From a virus, in IMG/VR virus record IMGVR_UViG_3300045988_164134: a stretch of 62,626 nt of DNA, one strand, 5' to 3'. A program made the translations under genes and the position numbers. A model generated the notes under the pieces. It did not search any database. It saw only the letters and a program-made list of their open reading frames with translations, and was not told the origin of the DNA. Position 1 is the first letter of the stretch, and every line of letters starts with the position of its first letter. Positions 59,993-62,626 of the stretch are shown here, in pieces.

Positions 59993-61783
59993 ATGGCGGA
60001 CGAAAAGAACAATAAGCAAATACTGTATATGCCTGAGTTGCCGACGACGGTAAAAGGTGATGGACGGTATGTATTATCACTTTTGCGTAAATATCTTAAA
60101 TCAGTCAATGAGCAGGTAAACATAGCTAACGGATTTACCCAAGATGACATAGAAGAAAATAAAAAAGGCGACTTTCCAAGACCTAAAAACTTTACGCTTA
60201 CATTTGATAGAATGGGCGGCGTTCTGAATTGGGATGCAGTAGACGACGATAAGCTTGCATATTATGAATTGCGCACGAATGACGCCATTGACACGGTAAC
60301 AGGTTTACTGGAAAAGACAACGGCAATATCGTCTATACAGCTGCCACCCACAGCAAGTGGCAAAATATACCTATATGCAGTAAGCACAGAAGGTAAGGTA
60401 TCAAATCCAAATACGCTGACATACAATAAGCGTCGTCCTGAAGCTCCTGGCGACATATCACTAACCAAGAATAATGAAGGCACGCTGATTACATTTCTTG
60501 AAATACCGACAAACTGTATAGGGGCAAATATCTATGTAGATAAAACCAAGTATATATCTCTTGATAATGTATACTTATACCCAGATAAAAGTATTACAGA
60601 TGTTGAGATTGCATACTACGACCAATTCGGTGAAGGCGAACGTGCTAAATTCTCTTGCGTTGTACCTAACGTTACAGGATTTTGGGTAGAAAAGAATGGT
60701 GCCAACTTATATTTCTACTGGGATTCCGTACCAGCCTATAACGTAACTTATGTGGTTAAGGTGGGAGAAACAAACCGGTGGGAAGAAGGAATAGAAATAT
60801 TCCGCTCTAAAACAAACAAGCACCGTTATATACGACCAAATCAGAGCGCAAGTTATTTCATGATAAAGGCAATGGATGACCATAATAACTATTCTAACGA
60901 ATGTGCATGGTACCTGATTGACACAACACTTGAGATTAATAAGAACATTATTCTTAATTTTGACCAAGATAAAGTTGGGTATAACGGCGTAAAAATTAAT
61001 CTCTATTATGACAGCACTAAACACGGTCTTGTATTAGAAGACAACACATTTATTGGCGAATATCTTATACACATACAGCTTCCACAAAAGATAAAAGCAC
61101 GCAACTGGATAGATGATAAAATAAGCGGCTTAACAGAAAATACACTACGTGTTATGGATTTAACATTCCCGCTAAACAGTAAAGAAGCGGAACGGTTTCT
61201 ATTAAATGGGAGTATTGGCGATTTGAATAATGTTTCATTAAAAAAACAAATCGCACGCTATACGGGTAAAAACACGGACTATTTCAATGCATTGACTGAT
61301 GGAACGACAGCCGCAAAAAACGGAACAGTACTAGATGAGCATAACGTTACATTTGATTATGCACGGTTCGATAAAGGGGCACTGATTACTGATATTACAC
61401 GGCTTGAATATTCGTGTGATATTCCTGAAACATATTCAATGTGCTTTTGGATGAAGAAAAGCACGCCCTTTGATGACTGCATTATTATAACGTTAAAATC
61501 AACCAAAACGGGCAACACACTGTATATTGGCTACGATAAACACTATAAACGCTTCTATGTTAAGGACAACGTTCAAGACAAGATGTTATTTCTAGAGATT
61601 GATACGACTGAAAGAGATTGGGTGTTTATTGGTATATCACAATCAGTAAATACACGAATGCTTTTTGTAAAAGAGATAAATTATAATCAAACAAAATATA
61701 TAAAAGATTCTATTCCGGCATGCGGAACCTTTGATAATTTGTGTTTAAGCCAAAAGGGGGATATAAATGCAGACAAAAGATGA
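59993..61783 (+). CDS. Tail protein with a C-terminal LamG/ConA-like jelly-roll (tentative)
   Basis: 596 aa. The C-terminal segment YSMCFWMKKSTPFDDCIIITLKS..GNTLYIGYDKHYKRFYV is LamG-like. Confidence 0.5.
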   Translation: MADEKNNKQILYMPELPTTVKGDGRYVLSLLRKYLKSVNEQVNIANGFTQDDIEENKKGDFPRPKNFTLTFDRMGGVLNWDAVDDDKLAYYELRTNDAIDTVTGLLEKTTAISSIQLPPTASGKIYLYAVSTEGKVSNPNTLTYNKRRPEAPGDISLTKNNEGTLITFLEIPTNCIGANIYVDKTKYISLDNVYLYPDKSITDVEIAYYDQFGEGERAKFSCVVPNVTGFWVEKNGANLYFYWDSVPAYNVTYVVKVGETNRWEEGIEIFRSKTNKHRYIRPNQSASYFMIKAMDDHNNYSNECAWYLIDTTLEINKNIILNFDQDKVGYNGVKINLYYDSTKHGLVLEDNTFIGEYLIHIQLPQKIKARNWIDDKISGLTENTLRVMDLTFPLNSKEAERFLLNGSIGDLNNVSLKKQIARYTGKNTDYFNALTDGTTAAKNGTVLDEHNVTFDYARFDKGALITDITRLEYSCDIPETYSMCFWMKKSTPFDDCIIITLKSTKTGNTLYIGYDKHYKRFYVKDNVQDKMLFLEIDTTERDWVFIGISQSVNTRMLFVKEINYNQTKYIKDSIPACGTFDNLCLSQKGDINADKR

Positions 61784-62213
61784 TGTAAAAATAAAAGGCG
61801 CAATTATTTTAACGGTAAAACATAAAAATGGCAGCGTAGAAACCCGTCGTAAAGACAACCTTATTTTAACTGCTGGGTTCAATTTTATTTGCGACGCTAT
61901 TGCAAATCCGCAACGACCAGCATTAATGGGATTTACGGCGGTTGGCACGGGAAACACAGCAGTAGCGGCATCGCAAACGGGGTTGGTTTCAGAACTATTA
62001 AGAAAGAAAGCTACATATACTCATAGCACAAATAGTAAGGTATTTACATTAACAACAACATTTAACGCCGGAGAAGCAACTGGTGCTATTACAGAAGCTG
62101 GCATTTGCAATGCCGAGAGTGGAGGAACATTCTTAGACAGAGTTAATTTTGCGGTAATTAATAAGGCAGAAGACGATACAATGACAACAACATTCCAGTT
62201 TGCATTATCGTAA
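61767..62213 (+). CDS. Small beta-rich virion protein
   Basis: SD AAGGGGGA. Contains NLILTAGFNFICDAI...GTGNTAVAASQTGLVSE...AITEAGICNA. Confidence 0.5.
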   Translation: MQTKDDVKIKGAIILTVKHKNGSVETRRKDNLILTAGFNFICDAIANPQRPALMGFTAVGTGNTAVAASQTGLVSELLRKKATYTHSTNSKVFTLTTTFNAGEATGAITEAGICNAESGGTFLDRVNFAVINKAEDDTMTTTFQFALS

Positions 62214-62214
62214 A

Positions 62215-62626
62215 ATGGAACTACATAAAGCGTTCAAGCCATATATACTTAGTGATTTAAACTTCCCATTGTCTGATAATAGGAACAAGAAATTATTAAA
62301 AGACTATGGCATATATACGTATAACGCTATAATATCAGAAAACTTGTTTTTTAATGAATTGTATCGTTCGTTGTACCGCCTTTCTAAATTTGAACATATA
62401 TTTTTTAACGCCAAAAAAACAACATATATAGAGAAACATGTGTTTGATTATTTGCTTGCACGGGAAATATACCACAAAACCTTTTATAGCTCATTAAGTT
62501 TTTTTGAAAACATGCAAATCTCAGACAAGTCAATAAAAGAATATTCTCGCATTGATAAAGAAAATATTGATATACATGAATTTGCAAAAAAGTGGCTAGG
62601 TGTTAATAAACAAGAGTTGATCCATG
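62215..62626 (+). CDS. 5' part of the wrap-around structural gene (continues at nt 2..1072)
   Basis: ATG 62215 lies 1 nt after the previous stop. I translated 99 codons with no stop up to the ATG equivalent to nt 5. Confidence 0.6.
   Translation, partial: MELHKAFKPYILSDLNFPLSDNRNKKLLKDYGIYTYNAIISENLFFNELYRSLYRLSKFEHIFFNAKKTTYIEKHVFDYLLAREIYHKTFYSSLSFFENMQISDKSIKEYSRIDKENIDIHEFAKKWLGVNKQELIH
62508..62626 (+). repeat. Terminal overlap copy 2 (identical to 1..119)
   Basis: 119/119 identity. Confidence 0.95.

Larger units (their letters stand above)
1..62507. mobile_element. Complete temperate phage genome on a circularly closed contig
   Basis: Integrase, repressor switch, terminase, portal, capsid, fibre and lysis modules are all present. 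The two window ends overlap exactly by 119 nt, and an ORF is continuous across the junction. Confidence 0.85.

Overview
The window is a complete, circularly closed temperate phage genome. Nt 1-119 are repeated exactly at 62508-62626, giving a unique length of 62,507 bp, and one structural gene (62215 -> junction -> 1072) reads across the junction.

Module order (+ strand unless noted):
- Tail and tail-fibre genes (62215-9267), with three radical-SAM genes wedged between two fibre genes.
- Three large internal/ejection-type proteins (9418-25247): a Hint-domain protein, a 912-aa protein and a 3,988-aa polyvalent protein.
- Lysis cassette (25329-27013).
- Accessory/moron genes (27073-29746).
- attP-like region and tyrosine integrase (29750-31159, minus strand).
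- ImmA/XRE repressor versus Cro/antirepressor switch (31460-34150).
- GC-rich early, recombination and replication genes (34153-46746): Gp157-like, ERF, NinB-like, HNH, replication initiator with internal iterons, SSB, HU, Dcm, RusA and a RinA-like activator.
- An oppositely oriented GC-rich four-gene cassette with its own divergent promoters (47212-49121).
- A small accessory operon (49148-51228).
- Terminase, a tRNA(UAU), portal, scaffold, capsid and connector genes (51329-62213).

No tape-measure, sheath or tail-tube gene was recognised, so a podovirus-like virion is inferred.

Best candidates for new biology:
1. The fibre-embedded rSAM/SPASM trio, next to a fibre protein ending in CxCxCxCxC.
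2. A ~740-nt non-coding, strand-asymmetric degenerate-repeat tract upstream of ssb.
3. The reverse-strand cassette of unknown genes.
4. Smaller items: a Tad2-like DUF2829 fusion, duplicated ART-like domains, an in-frame TGA in a sigma-like gene, dual-frame spanin candidates and a G9 tract inside an rSAM gene.

All family assignments come from motif recognition by eye, not from database searches.
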